From an uncultured bacterium (GTDB lineage: Bacteria > Abyssobacteria > SURF-5): a stretch of 26,487 nt of DNA. Position numbers and translations under genes: made by a program. Positions 1-7,961 of the stretch are shown here, in pieces (the first letter of the stretch is position 1; each line of letters begins with the position of its first letter). The stretch is from positions 1 to 26,487 of the forward strand of contig CAZSKP010000053.1 in assembly GCA_964607485.1 (NCBI GenBank). Reading direction: 5' to 3'. The notes under the pieces were generated by a model. The model saw nothing but the letters and a program-made list of their open reading frames with translations. It ran no database searches and was not told where the DNA came from.

Positions 1-1
1 G

Positions 2-280
2 GAAATCGCGGGACCGGAACAAATGTCGTTCGACGAGCTGCTCGACCGGATGGCCGACGTATTGAATCTTGCGCCGAGGCTGAAGCTGCATATTCCCGTA
101 GGCGTCGTGAAGCCGTTCGCCCAACTCATGGAGGCGATTCTGCCCAGGCCCCCGCTCACGACCGACCAACTGAAGATGCTTTCCATAGACAACGTGACGA
201 ACTCGAACGCCCTCACCGAAGTCTTCGGCGTCGAGCCGCGCTCATTCCGCGATACCGCTGGCGAGTACTGGAAAAAGTAG
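2..280 (+). CDS. NAD(P)-dependent epimerase/dehydratase (NDUFA9-like atypical SDR), C-terminal part; gene begins before the window
   Basis: Frame is open from nt 2: EIAGPEQMSFDELLDRMA...LHIPVG...PPLTTDQLKML..DNV, the typical C-terminal pattern of this family. Stop TAG ends at 280. Confidence 0.7.
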   Translation, partial: EIAGPEQMSFDELLDRMADVLNLAPRLKLHIPVGVVKPFAQLMEAILPRPPLTTDQLKMLSIDNVTNSNALTEVFGVEPRSFRDTAGEYWKK

Positions 281-384
281 GATCGCTGTAAGAACCGCTC
301 CCGCGAATATCGAATCCGCCCGCCCTATCGAAAAAAGTATTCCGGTGTTGCCAACTCCGTGTACTGAAGCGTCGGAGAATTCTC

Positions 385-2319
385 TTAATTCATATAACCT
401 AACGCCCTCAGGTTATCAATCAGCTCTCCGTCAATTTCTTTCTTCGTGTGCTCGACCGGTTCGTAATTTTGCCTCAAGGCCTTGCCAATAGAAAGAGATT
501 CTTGCAGTTGTTCTTCGAGCATTCCATGGTATTTCTCAGCCAGTTCCCGATTCTCTCCACAAATGTCATGCTTCTCACCGGGGTCTTTTCTGAGGTCAAA
601 GAGCTCATGTCGACGAATGCCGCGGAAAGTGTACATGTGTATCTCGTTCGGCTTCTCTATCCATATGTATTTGTACCCATCCTTGCGGATCGACCTTCGC
701 TCCGGACCGACCACCGTGGACTCGCTTATGGCCGGCGGGTCCTCGTCCCTTTCGCCGGTTCGCATCAGCTCCAGTAGGCTGGTTCCCTGCACAGGGCCGT
801 CATATGTTACGTTCAGAATATCCAGAATTGTCGGCATGATGTCGATGAGCCGAACCTGATTTTCCACAGTCTTTTTCTTTGCCTCCAGACCGGGCACATA
901 AAAGATCAGGGGAACGTGAACCAGTTCGTCATAGAGGGAATGAGCGTGGTCTACATCGGAGAGCTGCGGAATAATCTGCTTGGTGTATGGCGGAATGATG
1001 TCCGCTTCCCGGTAGTGATCGTAGAAGTCCTCTCCATGATCGCTGAGGAAAATGATTATCGTATTCGACATGAGGCCCAATGAACGAAGCTTCTCCATCA
1101 GTTCCCCGAAGCAGGAATCGGCATATCTGATGTCCCCGTCATAGAGCGCCTTCCTGTGTTCAATCAGGCTGTCAGTAACCTTTTCAGAAACGAAGAAGGT
1201 GTGCTCATATGGAATATGACACTCAAACGTATGCAAGAACATGAAGAACTTTGTGTCGCCATTTTCCTCCAGCCACTTGGTGGCTTCGCCGAATATCTTC
1301 TTCGAATCATATTCATAAGTCCACTGCCGTTCGGGAGACAGGATTTCCATTATGCTCAGGTATTCCTTATACATATTGAAGCCGTTCCCGAACCCGAACT
1401 CTGAGCTGACGTAGCCTCCGTTCGTAATGCCGATGGTGTAATACCCGTTCTTCCTCAGTGCTCCAGCCAGCGTCTTATGAGAATACAGGAAATGATAATA
1501 TTCGCTCCATCCATCGTTTTGATGAACCGTAGGGTAGTCGTTGTTCTGATGAGCCGAAGGATAAAGCGAGGTGAACAAGCTGTAATGTGCGGGAATCGTC
1601 CAGCACGATGGACTGATCGCCTGGGTAAACAGAATGCCTTGTTGAGCGAACTTATCGACGTTTGGGCTGGTGTCGCGCTCATATCCATAGCAGCCCAGGT
1701 GATCCGCTCGGAGCGTATCGAAGGAAACGAGGATCACGTTGAACTCGCCCGGCCTTCTCTTGTTGCGCACACTGGGAACCAGAAATGCGAAATCTCTGTA
1801 CGGCTCGTATCCTTTTGCCTCGCCTCGTTCCTCCTTATCGACTTCGACGGTAATTTCCCGGGGCGTATCCCCTCCGCCAAGCCTGGCGCCATCGATCTCG
1901 AAGCTCACCCGTTCGCCGACGGCAACTTTGCGGACCGATTCGAGAAGTATCTCATTTCGCGGCCATTTCTCGCGATACACCCTGAATCGAATCTTTCCCG
2001 AAAAGGGAGCATAATAAGAGCTGGTGTCAGCGGTACGAATAAGTCCGACCTCAATCGTCTCCCCCTCCCTTACGGGAACCTCGAACCTCATCCGTTTCTT
2101 GCCGACGGGATGAGCCACCTGGAACGTCTGATATGCATGATCTTCCCCATAGACGGGAAAGCGCTCGTAATCGAAAACGACCTTCCGCTCCGGTTGGAAC
2201 AATCTCCTGATACGATTACGCGAATTGAACAGCGTCAATGCGCCGAGAACGGCCAACAAGACCGCCGGCGCGAGCACCTTGTGACGATTAATGAACGACC
2301 TTACTTTTGCGGAGGACAT
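385..2319 (-). CDS. Membrane-anchored sulfatase-like (alkaline phosphatase superfamily) hydrolase/transferase
   Basis: N-terminal hydrophobic anchor; NVILVSFDTLRADHLGCYGY; SCWTIPAHYSLFTSLYP; FLHTFECHIPY; YDGDIRYAD; IIFLSDHGE; HVPLI; ELFDLRKDPGE; C-terminal LRALGY. Confidence 0.9.
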   Translation of the reverse strand: MSSAKVRSFINRHKVLAPAVLLAVLGALTLFNSRNRIRRLFQPERKVVFDYERFPVYGEDHAYQTFQVAHPVGKKRMRFEVPVREGETIEVGLIRTADTSSYYAPFSGKIRFRVYREKWPRNEILLESVRKVAVGERVSFEIDGARLGGGDTPREITVEVDKEERGEAKGYEPYRDFAFLVPSVRNKRRPGEFNVILVSFDTLRADHLGCYGYERDTSPNVDKFAQQGILFTQAISPSCWTIPAHYSLFTSLYPSAHQNNDYPTVHQNDGWSEYYHFLYSHKTLAGALRKNGYYTIGITNGGYVSSEFGFGNGFNMYKEYLSIMEILSPERQWTYEYDSKKIFGEATKWLEENGDTKFFMFLHTFECHIPYEHTFFVSEKVTDSLIEHRKALYDGDIRYADSCFGELMEKLRSLGLMSNTIIIFLSDHGEDFYDHYREADIIPPYTKQIIPQLSDVDHAHSLYDELVHVPLIFYVPGLEAKKKTVENQVRLIDIMPTILDILNVTYDGPVQGTSLLELMRTGERDEDPPAISESTVVGPERRSIRKDGYKYIWIEKPNEIHMYTFRGIRRHELFDLRKDPGEKHDICGENRELAEKYHGMLEEQLQESLSIGKALRQNYEPVEHTKKEIDGELIDNLRALGYMN

Positions 2320-2415
2320 TAAGGAATCAGTCTCGTCTGTTGGTGGGGACCAGATGGCTTAAACTCTTTACACACGTTATCATCCACTCCAAACGTCTCC
2401 TCGGGAACGGAAGAG

Positions 2416-2424
2416 ATTATATCA
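2416..2424 (-). promoter_or_regulatory. Candidate extended -10 promoter for the sulfatase-like gene
   Basis: Minus strand reads TGaTATAAT (TGn + TATAAT) about 97 nt upstream of the ATG at 2319. No clear -35. Confidence 0.5.
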
Positions 2425-2587
2425 CAACTTGGCGGGCGAACGAGACACTCAGGGACACGACCGGACAGGTTGAAAATCTTCCAAGACGATCTCAACGTGT
2501 CCTATGGAAGGGGATTTGCTGTGCCCAAATCTGAGACCACCTGCAGAATGCAGGCAGCAAGCTTCTTTCTTATGGAGAGTTATAGAA

Positions 2588-3124
2588 TCAGCCGCCCTCG
2601 AACATCCAGCCTTCGTTTTTCATAAACCAATTGCTGCTGTCATTCAGATATTCGAGCGTCTCCTGTAGCAATTCGTAATGCTGCTTCTCCATCAGGGTCA
2701 GGTGCTTGAAAGCGTTCCTCTCTATCTCCCCCTTGGACTTCTGTTGGGCCTCGTTGTATAGGTCGTAGCCCCGCTTCTCGAAGTCCAGCGCTATCTTCAT
2801 CGCTTCGGTATCGCTCGGGTCGGCCTCAGTTCGCTTCCGGGCTTCCTCCCCCGCCTGCTGGAATATCGTCTTGAATCGCTGCCGCATCGGCTGACCGTGC
2901 ATCTCCTCAAGCACCCGCTCCACCTCTTTGACGCCGGACTTGCTGTATATCTTTCGAAGCAGCTCCGCATGACGCTGCTCGTCCTCGGCAAGTCCCTCGA
3001 ACGTTTTCTTGCCGAAGGGGTCTTTCGATTTCTCGGCGAACTCGCTGTACATTCGCAAGCCGTCCTCTTCGAGCTGCAATGCGAATTTCACTATGTCTTC
3101 CATCTTTTCGGGAAGTTCCGTCAT
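2588..3124 (-). CDS. Ferritin-like diiron protein (rubrerythrin family, no C-terminal rubredoxin domain)
   Basis: Duplicated helix pairs ALQLEEDGLRMY...LAEDEQRH and ALDFEKRGYDLY...LTLMEKQH (two E...ExxH sets). AGGAGG RBS; ATGA overlap with the upstream gene. Confidence 0.85.
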   Translation of the reverse strand: MTELPEKMEDIVKFALQLEEDGLRMYSEFAEKSKDPFGKKTFEGLAEDEQRHAELLRKIYSKSGVKEVERVLEEMHGQPMRQRFKTIFQQAGEEARKRTEADPSDTEAMKIALDFEKRGYDLYNEAQQKSKGEIERNAFKHLTLMEKQHYELLQETLEYLNDSSNWFMKNEGWMFEGG

Positions 3125-4563
3125 TTACTCTTCCTCCTTTTTGCGGACCGAGCGGCGGGCTTTCTCGATTTCCCTCCGGCGGTCTTCTTCGGCCCGTCGC
3201 TTGTGAGGGGGTTTGTAATCCTTTCAAACTCGGACTTCGACAATATGCCTTTCTTTGTCGCAAGGTTCTTTATCGATTCGCCCGAACTGCGCGACTCGTG
3301 AACGATCTCGGCGGCCTTCAGGTATCCGACATAGGGGCTCAGTGCGGTCGCAAGCCCGACGCTGCGCTCGAAATACTGCCGGCAGCGAGCCTTGTCTGCG
3401 GTGATGCCGTCGACGCACCTTTCGACAAAATCGGGAATGTAATTGGCGAAAAGTCGAATCGACCGAAGCAGGTTCAACGCCATCACGGGCATCATCACGT
3501 TCAGGTCGAATTGGCCGGCCTGCACCGCTAGCGCCACCGCGAGGTCATTCCCCACGACCTGAAAGGCCACCATGTCGAGACATTCCGCCATCACCGGATT
3601 CACCTTGCCCGGCATGATGGACGAGCCGGGCTGAACAGCGGGCAGTGTGATCTCGGAGATGCCGGTCGTGGGGCCCGAGTTCAGAAGCCGCAGGTCGTTC
3701 GCAATCCTGATGAGCTCGAGCGCGAGGTCGCGCAGCGCGCCCGACAGAGAGGCAATCCGATAGTTGCACTGAACCGCGAAGATGAGGTTCGGCGCAGGCC
3801 TCAGTTTGAGGTCGGAAATGCGGCTGAGATGCCTCGCCACGGTTCGCGCAAACCTCGGGTGCGCGTTCAATCCCGTCCCGACCGCCGTTCCTCCGAGCGC
3901 GATCTCATGCAAGAGCGCCGCTCGACGGGAGATTTCCCTGCGGCCGACCTCGACGGCCTCGGCCTGCGCGTCGAATTCCTGTCCGAGCGTTATCGGCACG
4001 GCGTCTTCCAGGTGGGTTCGGCCCGATTTCACGACCCGCCTGAACTGTCGCCCCTTTGAACGGAGAGCGGAAACAAGTTTCTTGAGCGCCTCGTCCAGCC
4101 GCGGAAGCTCAAGAAGCGCCGCCACGTTCATGGCCGTCGGGAACGTGTCGTTCGTGGACTGCGCCATGTTCACATGGTCGTTCGCGCTGAGGTAGTCGTA
4201 ATCGCCACGCTTCTTGCCCAGCCTCTCGAGCGCGAGGTTGGCGAGCACCTCGTTCACGTTCATGTTGTAAGAAGTGCCCGCGCCCGCCTGGTACGCGTCC
4301 AGCCTGAACTGGTCGTCGTGCTTGCCCTGCAAGACCTCGTCGCACGCCCAAACGATGGCCCTCGCCCGACGCCGGTCGAGCACGCGCAGCTCCTGATTAG
4401 CCAGGGCGGCGGCCTTCTTAATCATGACGTACGCGTGGAGAAGCGACGCGGGATGCGTCTCGCCGCTGGCCCGAAAATTTTCCAGCGCTCGCAGCGTCTG
4501 GATTCCGTAGTAAGCGTCGGCGGGCACTTTGCGCTCGCCGAGCGAATCCCGTTCGATTCGCAC
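3121..4563 (-). CDS. aspA: Aspartate ammonia-lyase (aspartase/class II fumarase superfamily)
   Basis: RIERDSLGE, YYGIQTLRA, QAGAGTSYNMNVNEV, QSTND, KSGRTHLEDAVP, GSSIMPGKVNPV. GAGTS and DAVP are more AspA-like than FumC-like. Start reassigned to GTG at 4563 (AGGAGAG RBS) instead of ATG at 4605. Confidence 0.85.
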   Translation of the reverse strand: MRIERDSLGERKVPADAYYGIQTLRALENFRASGETHPASLLHAYVMIKKAAALANQELRVLDRRRARAIVWACDEVLQGKHDDQFRLDAYQAGAGTSYNMNVNEVLANLALERLGKKRGDYDYLSANDHVNMAQSTNDTFPTAMNVAALLELPRLDEALKKLVSALRSKGRQFRRVVKSGRTHLEDAVPITLGQEFDAQAEAVEVGRREISRRAALLHEIALGGTAVGTGLNAHPRFARTVARHLSRISDLKLRPAPNLIFAVQCNYRIASLSGALRDLALELIRIANDLRLLNSGPTTGISEITLPAVQPGSSIMPGKVNPVMAECLDMVAFQVVGNDLAVALAVQAGQFDLNVMMPVMALNLLRSIRLFANYIPDFVERCVDGITADKARCRQYFERSVGLATALSPYVGYLKAAEIVHESRSSGESIKNLATKKGILSKSEFERITNPLTSDGPKKTAGGKSRKPAARSAKRRKSK

Positions 4564-4573
4564 GCCTGCTCTC

Positions 4574-4759
4574 CTACTGCGTCTGGATTTGCCAGTCGAT
4601 GTCATAGGTCTGCCTACAGTTGGGACACATCAACACGATCTTATGTGTCTTTTGTTTTCTCGTCTTCTTGAACGTCACGTGGAAGCCGCCCGCATAATCG
4701 CACGATTCACAGGCGTAGAAATGTTTTTCCATTTCCTTCTTAATAGGTCGTTTGGGCAT
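4574..4759 (-). CDS. Small (61 aa) zinc-ribbon/rubredoxin-like metal-binding protein
   Basis: MPKRPIKKEMEKHFYACESCDYAGGFHV...VLMCPNCRQTYDIDW has two CxxC pairs. AAGGAG RBS before ATG at 4759. Fills the gap between operon genes. Confidence 0.75.
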   Translation of the reverse strand: MPKRPIKKEMEKHFYACESCDYAGGFHVTFKKTRKQKTHKIVLMCPNCRQTYDIDWQIQTQ

Positions 4760-4879
4760 ATGAAACTCCTTCCCTGCAAGAGAATTCGCAGCGTCCGCGG
4801 AATCGTGCTCCTTCAATCGAGTTCGCAGAATTCATCCTCTTCTACTTTACACATTGACGCTGCGGTTTGCCACCCCGAG

Positions 4880-5044
4880 CTAATCAAGCATCTCCTCAAA
4901 GACGTCCTTCCCAGCGCCACAGAGAGGACAGACCCAATCGTCCGGCAGGTCCGCAAACGCCGTCCCCGGCGGGATGCCGCCCTCGGCGTCCCCCTCGGCC
5001 GGATCATAAATGTAGCCGCACACGCTGCACGAATATCTGTTCAC
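4880..5044 (-). CDS. rub: Rubredoxin (54 aa; not in the ORF track)
   Basis: Manual translation from GTG at 5044: [54 protein letters not shown]. Canonical CxxCGY...PDDWVCPxCG signature; GAGGAGG RBS. Confidence 0.97.
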   Translation of the reverse strand: MNRYSCSVCGYIYDPAEGDAEGGIPPGTAFADLPDDWVCPLCGAGKDVFEEMLD

Positions 5045-5095
5045 GCCTCAATCCCCTCCTCGAAAAACTTGCTCGTTTCTCCTCGTCGTGAAGCG

Positions 5096-6088
5096 CTAAA
5101 ATCTTTCCGTGGCTCTCGCCCGCCGCATGGACAGATTGTAGCTGACAATGAACAGGGCCGCAAACGCCGCAGTGACCACCGGATATATCCAGCCAAGCCC
5201 CAATTCGTCCGGACTGAGCGAGGGCACGACCAGCATGTATCTTTCAAGAAACAGCCCGACGACCACGCACAGGGCCGCCAGCAGAGGCGCTGCTCCTATC
5301 AGCTTGGCGCGCCGCGTCATCAGGATAAAAAACGGAAGCACGAACGCAAGCGCGAGCACCAGCAGTGTCACCCAACTCCACGGCGAATAGTAAAAGCGCA
5401 GGTAAACGAATTGCGTCTCCTCCGGCATGTCGCCATACCAAATGACGATATATTGGCTCCACAGCAGAGAGACCCAGAACAGGGCCATGCCGAATATCAA
5501 CTGGCAGAGCTTACGCCGGTCTTCCACAGGCACGCCCGCCCTCAGAAAGCCGGCAAGACACAGTCCCCCCATGCCCAGGTAGAAAGAGCTGACGGCGTAG
5601 TACGCTCCAAGCAGAGTGCTGTACCAGTGCGGCTGCAGGGACATGATCAGGTCGAACGCGAGGTAGCTGTACACCGCCATGAAGGCTATTACCAACACCA
5701 CAGCCCACGGCGAAGCGGCCGACCGCCCTGCTTCGCGCGCCTCCCTCGCCCCCGACAGGAATTTCCAGCTCAGCCCCGCCAAAACAGTCAGCCCCAGCAG
5801 GCCCCGCACCGCGAGGAACGGCACGTTCAGGTATGCGGCCTTCTCGGGAACCGGCTCGGCTATCCATGGGAAGACGTGGCTGCGCCCGAGCAGCAACACC
5901 GCGAACAGCAAAATGCAAACTGGGAGAAACCCGGCGAAATGTTCAGCCAATTGTACATAGCGCCGTCCCCAACGAGCGCCGGTGATGTTGAGCGTCGCGG
6001 CGAATATCACACCGCCCTGGGCCAACCCGGCCCAGAACAGGAAATTCACCAAGTACGCCTGCCAGAACGTGTCGCCAAAGTCGCTCAT
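5096..6088 (-). CDS. actF: ACIII subunit F-like (ActF/QrcD-like, NrfD-fold membrane protein)
   Basis: WQAYLVNFLFWAGLAQGG, ARWGR, FDLIMSLQPHWYSTLLG, WSQYIVIWYGDMPEET, LERYMLVVPS. Multiple TM helices; ATG at 6088 overlaps the actD stop (ATGA). Confidence 0.85.
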   Translation of the reverse strand: MSDFGDTFWQAYLVNFLFWAGLAQGGVIFAATLNITGARWGRRYVQLAEHFAGFLPVCILLFAVLLLGRSHVFPWIAEPVPEKAAYLNVPFLAVRGLLGLTVLAGLSWKFLSGAREAREAGRSAASPWAVVLVIAFMAVYSYLAFDLIMSLQPHWYSTLLGAYYAVSSFYLGMGGLCLAGFLRAGVPVEDRRKLCQLIFGMALFWVSLLWSQYIVIWYGDMPEETQFVYLRFYYSPWSWVTLLVLALAFVLPFFILMTRRAKLIGAAPLLAALCVVVGLFLERYMLVVPSLSPDELGLGWIYPVVTAAFAALFIVSYNLSMRRARATERF

Positions 6089-6627
6089 AACCAGACAGAC
6101 TCCTCGTCCGAAGCGACCGAGCCCGCCGGACGCACCTCTCGCGCGCCCGTCTCGCGCAGCGCGGCCTCGACCGAAGCGTATTCCGACGGCTCGTGCCAGA
6201 CCACCAGAGCGAAATCGCTCCGCGAGCAGCCGGCGTGATAACATTCCTTCGCAACCGGCGGCAGCTTGGCATTCAGCATCAGCCCCAGCATCGTCGCCAG
6301 TCCTCCGAATAGAATCGTCATCTCAAACGCGATCACCACAAACGCCGGAAGCGAAACGACCGGCTTGCCGCCCACCAGCAGTGGCCAGTCCAGGACGGTC
6401 ATCACCTGTAATCCCATCCCGAAGAATGCTCCCGCGATGCAGCCGACCAGCGCGAACCAGCGCACCTGGCTGGGGCGTTCCGGGAGCAGCTCATCCAACT
6501 CCGGCAGAGGAATCGGGCTGAGCACTTCCAGCCTGTCGTTGCCCCGACGCTGCATCGCCCTGATGGCGTCGGCCAACAGCCCGGGATCGACAAAGACAGC
6601 CAACAACGGCTTGCGTTTGTCAGGCAT
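6085..6627 (-). CDS. actD: ACIII subunit D (DUF3341 family)
   Basis: LAVFVDP...LEVLSPIP, two TM helices flanking DWPLLVGGKPVVSLPAFVVIAFEMTILFG. Position directly after actC. Confidence 0.9.
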   Translation of the reverse strand: MPDKRKPLLAVFVDPGLLADAIRAMQRRGNDRLEVLSPIPLPELDELLPERPSQVRWFALVGCIAGAFFGMGLQVMTVLDWPLLVGGKPVVSLPAFVVIAFEMTILFGGLATMLGLMLNAKLPPVAKECYHAGCSRSDFALVVWHEPSEYASVEAALRETGAREVRPAGSVASDEESVWL

Positions 6628-7954
6628 GGCTGGCTCCTTCCGAGTTCGATCGGGTCGCCGCTTTTACCTCGCCCATCGCCACCACCGGCAATATCTTGGA
6701 GAACATCGCGAACAGGAAGAAGAACATGCCAAAACTGCCCAGCATGATGCCCCATTCATAAATGGTGGGCGTATATGTGCCCCACGCGTACGGGTCGTAA
6801 TCGCTCGACAGGCTGGTCACGATGATGACGAACCGCTCCACCCACATCCCTATGAGAACGCAGACCGCCACAAAATAGACATAGCCCATCTTCAAGCGCA
6901 GCCGCGCGCTCAGAAGAGTCAGCGGAAGAATCGAGTTGCACGCAACCATCAGCCAGAACAGCGGGCCGTACACCCCGAACGCCCGGTTGTAGAAGCTGTG
7001 CTGCTCAAACGTGTTCCCCGTGTACCACGCGATGAAAAACTCCGCAAAGTATGAATACGTGATGATGAGACTCATGAAAACCAGCATCTTGGACAGCATG
7101 CCGAAGTGTCTGTGCGTGATCAGCCCTTGAAGGCCGAAGAATCTGCGCATCGGCAAGAGTATCACGACTATCATCGCGCACCCCGAGAAGATGGCGCCCG
7201 CGACGAAGTACGGCGCAAAGATGGTGCTGTGCCACCCCGGAATGATGGAAACCGCGAAGTCCCAACTGACCACGCTGTGCACCGATATGACAAGCGGCGT
7301 GGCGAGGGCAGCGAGCAGCAGGTACGCCATCTCCTGATGACGCCACTGCCGATGGCTCCCGCGCCAGCCCAGCGAAAGCGCCGCATAAGCCTTCCTGGCA
7401 AGCCCCGTCGAGCGGTCGCGGACCGTGGCGAGGTCGGGGATCAATCCGACATAAAAGAACATCCCGCTCACGAGCATGTATGTCGTTACCGCAAACACGT
7501 CCCACAGCAGTGGGCTGCGGAAGTTGGGCCAGAGTCCTCGATAGCTCGGATATGGAATCAGGTAGTAGGCGATCCAGACCCGACCCAAATGAATCAGCGG
7601 AAACAGCCCGGCGGTCATGATGGCGATCACGGTCATGGCTTCGGCGATTCGATTGATGCTCGTCCGCCACCTGGCCTGAAACAGATACAGAATCGCCGAA
7701 ATGAGCGTGCCCGAATGCGCGAGCCCGACCCAGAACACGAAGTTGGTGATGTACACTCCCCAGTGTACCGGATTGTTGATGCCGGCCACCCCGATGGCGA
7801 CGCGGAGCTGGTGCAGATAGCATAGGCCTCCTATTCCGAGGCACACCAGCGCCGCCAGCACGAATGCAATGTACAACTTGCCTGGACGAAACATTCCGCT
7901 CAGCACGGTGTGTTCTACCTGCTCGAAATCGGCTGGGACGGGTTTTCCGTTCAT
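6620..7954 (-). CDS. actC: ACIII subunit C (NrfD/PsrC-family quinol-binding membrane subunit)
   Basis: WGVYITNFVFWVGLAHSGTLISAIL, WRTSINRIAEAMT, IHLGRVW, NFRSPLLWDVFAV, HSVVSWDFA, GWHSTIFAPYFVAGAIFSG, GMWVERFVII. Start at ATG 7954 (GTG at 7969 is an alternative). Confidence 0.93.
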   Translation of the reverse strand: MNGKPVPADFEQVEHTVLSGMFRPGKLYIAFVLAALVCLGIGGLCYLHQLRVAIGVAGINNPVHWGVYITNFVFWVGLAHSGTLISAILYLFQARWRTSINRIAEAMTVIAIMTAGLFPLIHLGRVWIAYYLIPYPSYRGLWPNFRSPLLWDVFAVTTYMLVSGMFFYVGLIPDLATVRDRSTGLARKAYAALSLGWRGSHRQWRHQEMAYLLLAALATPLVISVHSVVSWDFAVSIIPGWHSTIFAPYFVAGAIFSGCAMIVVILLPMRRFFGLQGLITHRHFGMLSKMLVFMSLIITYSYFAEFFIAWYTGNTFEQHSFYNRAFGVYGPLFWLMVACNSILPLTLLSARLRLKMGYVYFVAVCVLIGMWVERFVIIVTSLSSDYDPYAWGTYTPTIYEWGIMLGSFGMFFFLFAMFSKILPVVAMGEVKAATRSNSEGASHA

Positions 7955-7961
7955 GGCGTTC

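Noticed and set aside
2512-2554. Short inverted repeats (GATTTG-N7-CAAATC; CCTGCA-gaa-TGCAGG) as terminator of the large operon
   Set aside because: Short stems with no convincing U-tract on the minus strand.
4564-4605. Upstream ATG start for aspA
   Set aside because: Overlaps the previous gene and lacks an RBS. GTG at 4563 has AGGAGAG and matches the family start (RIERD).
4813-4854. Mini-ORF MCKVEEDEFCELD between rubredoxin and the CxxC protein; also considered TGA read-through as selenocysteine
   Set aside because: No well-spaced RBS, only 13 aa, and the read-through frame gives nothing recognisable.
4529-6238. 569-aa plus-strand ORF
   Set aside because: Antisense shadow of actF, rubredoxin and neighbours. 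Low-complexity Arg/His/Gln/Pro content typical of high-GC reverse frames, with no motifs.
6089-6244. N-terminal extension of actF given in the ORF track
   Set aside because: Overlaps actD by about 150 nt and is Arg/Gly-rich non-membrane sequence. The ATG coupled to the actD stop is more plausible.
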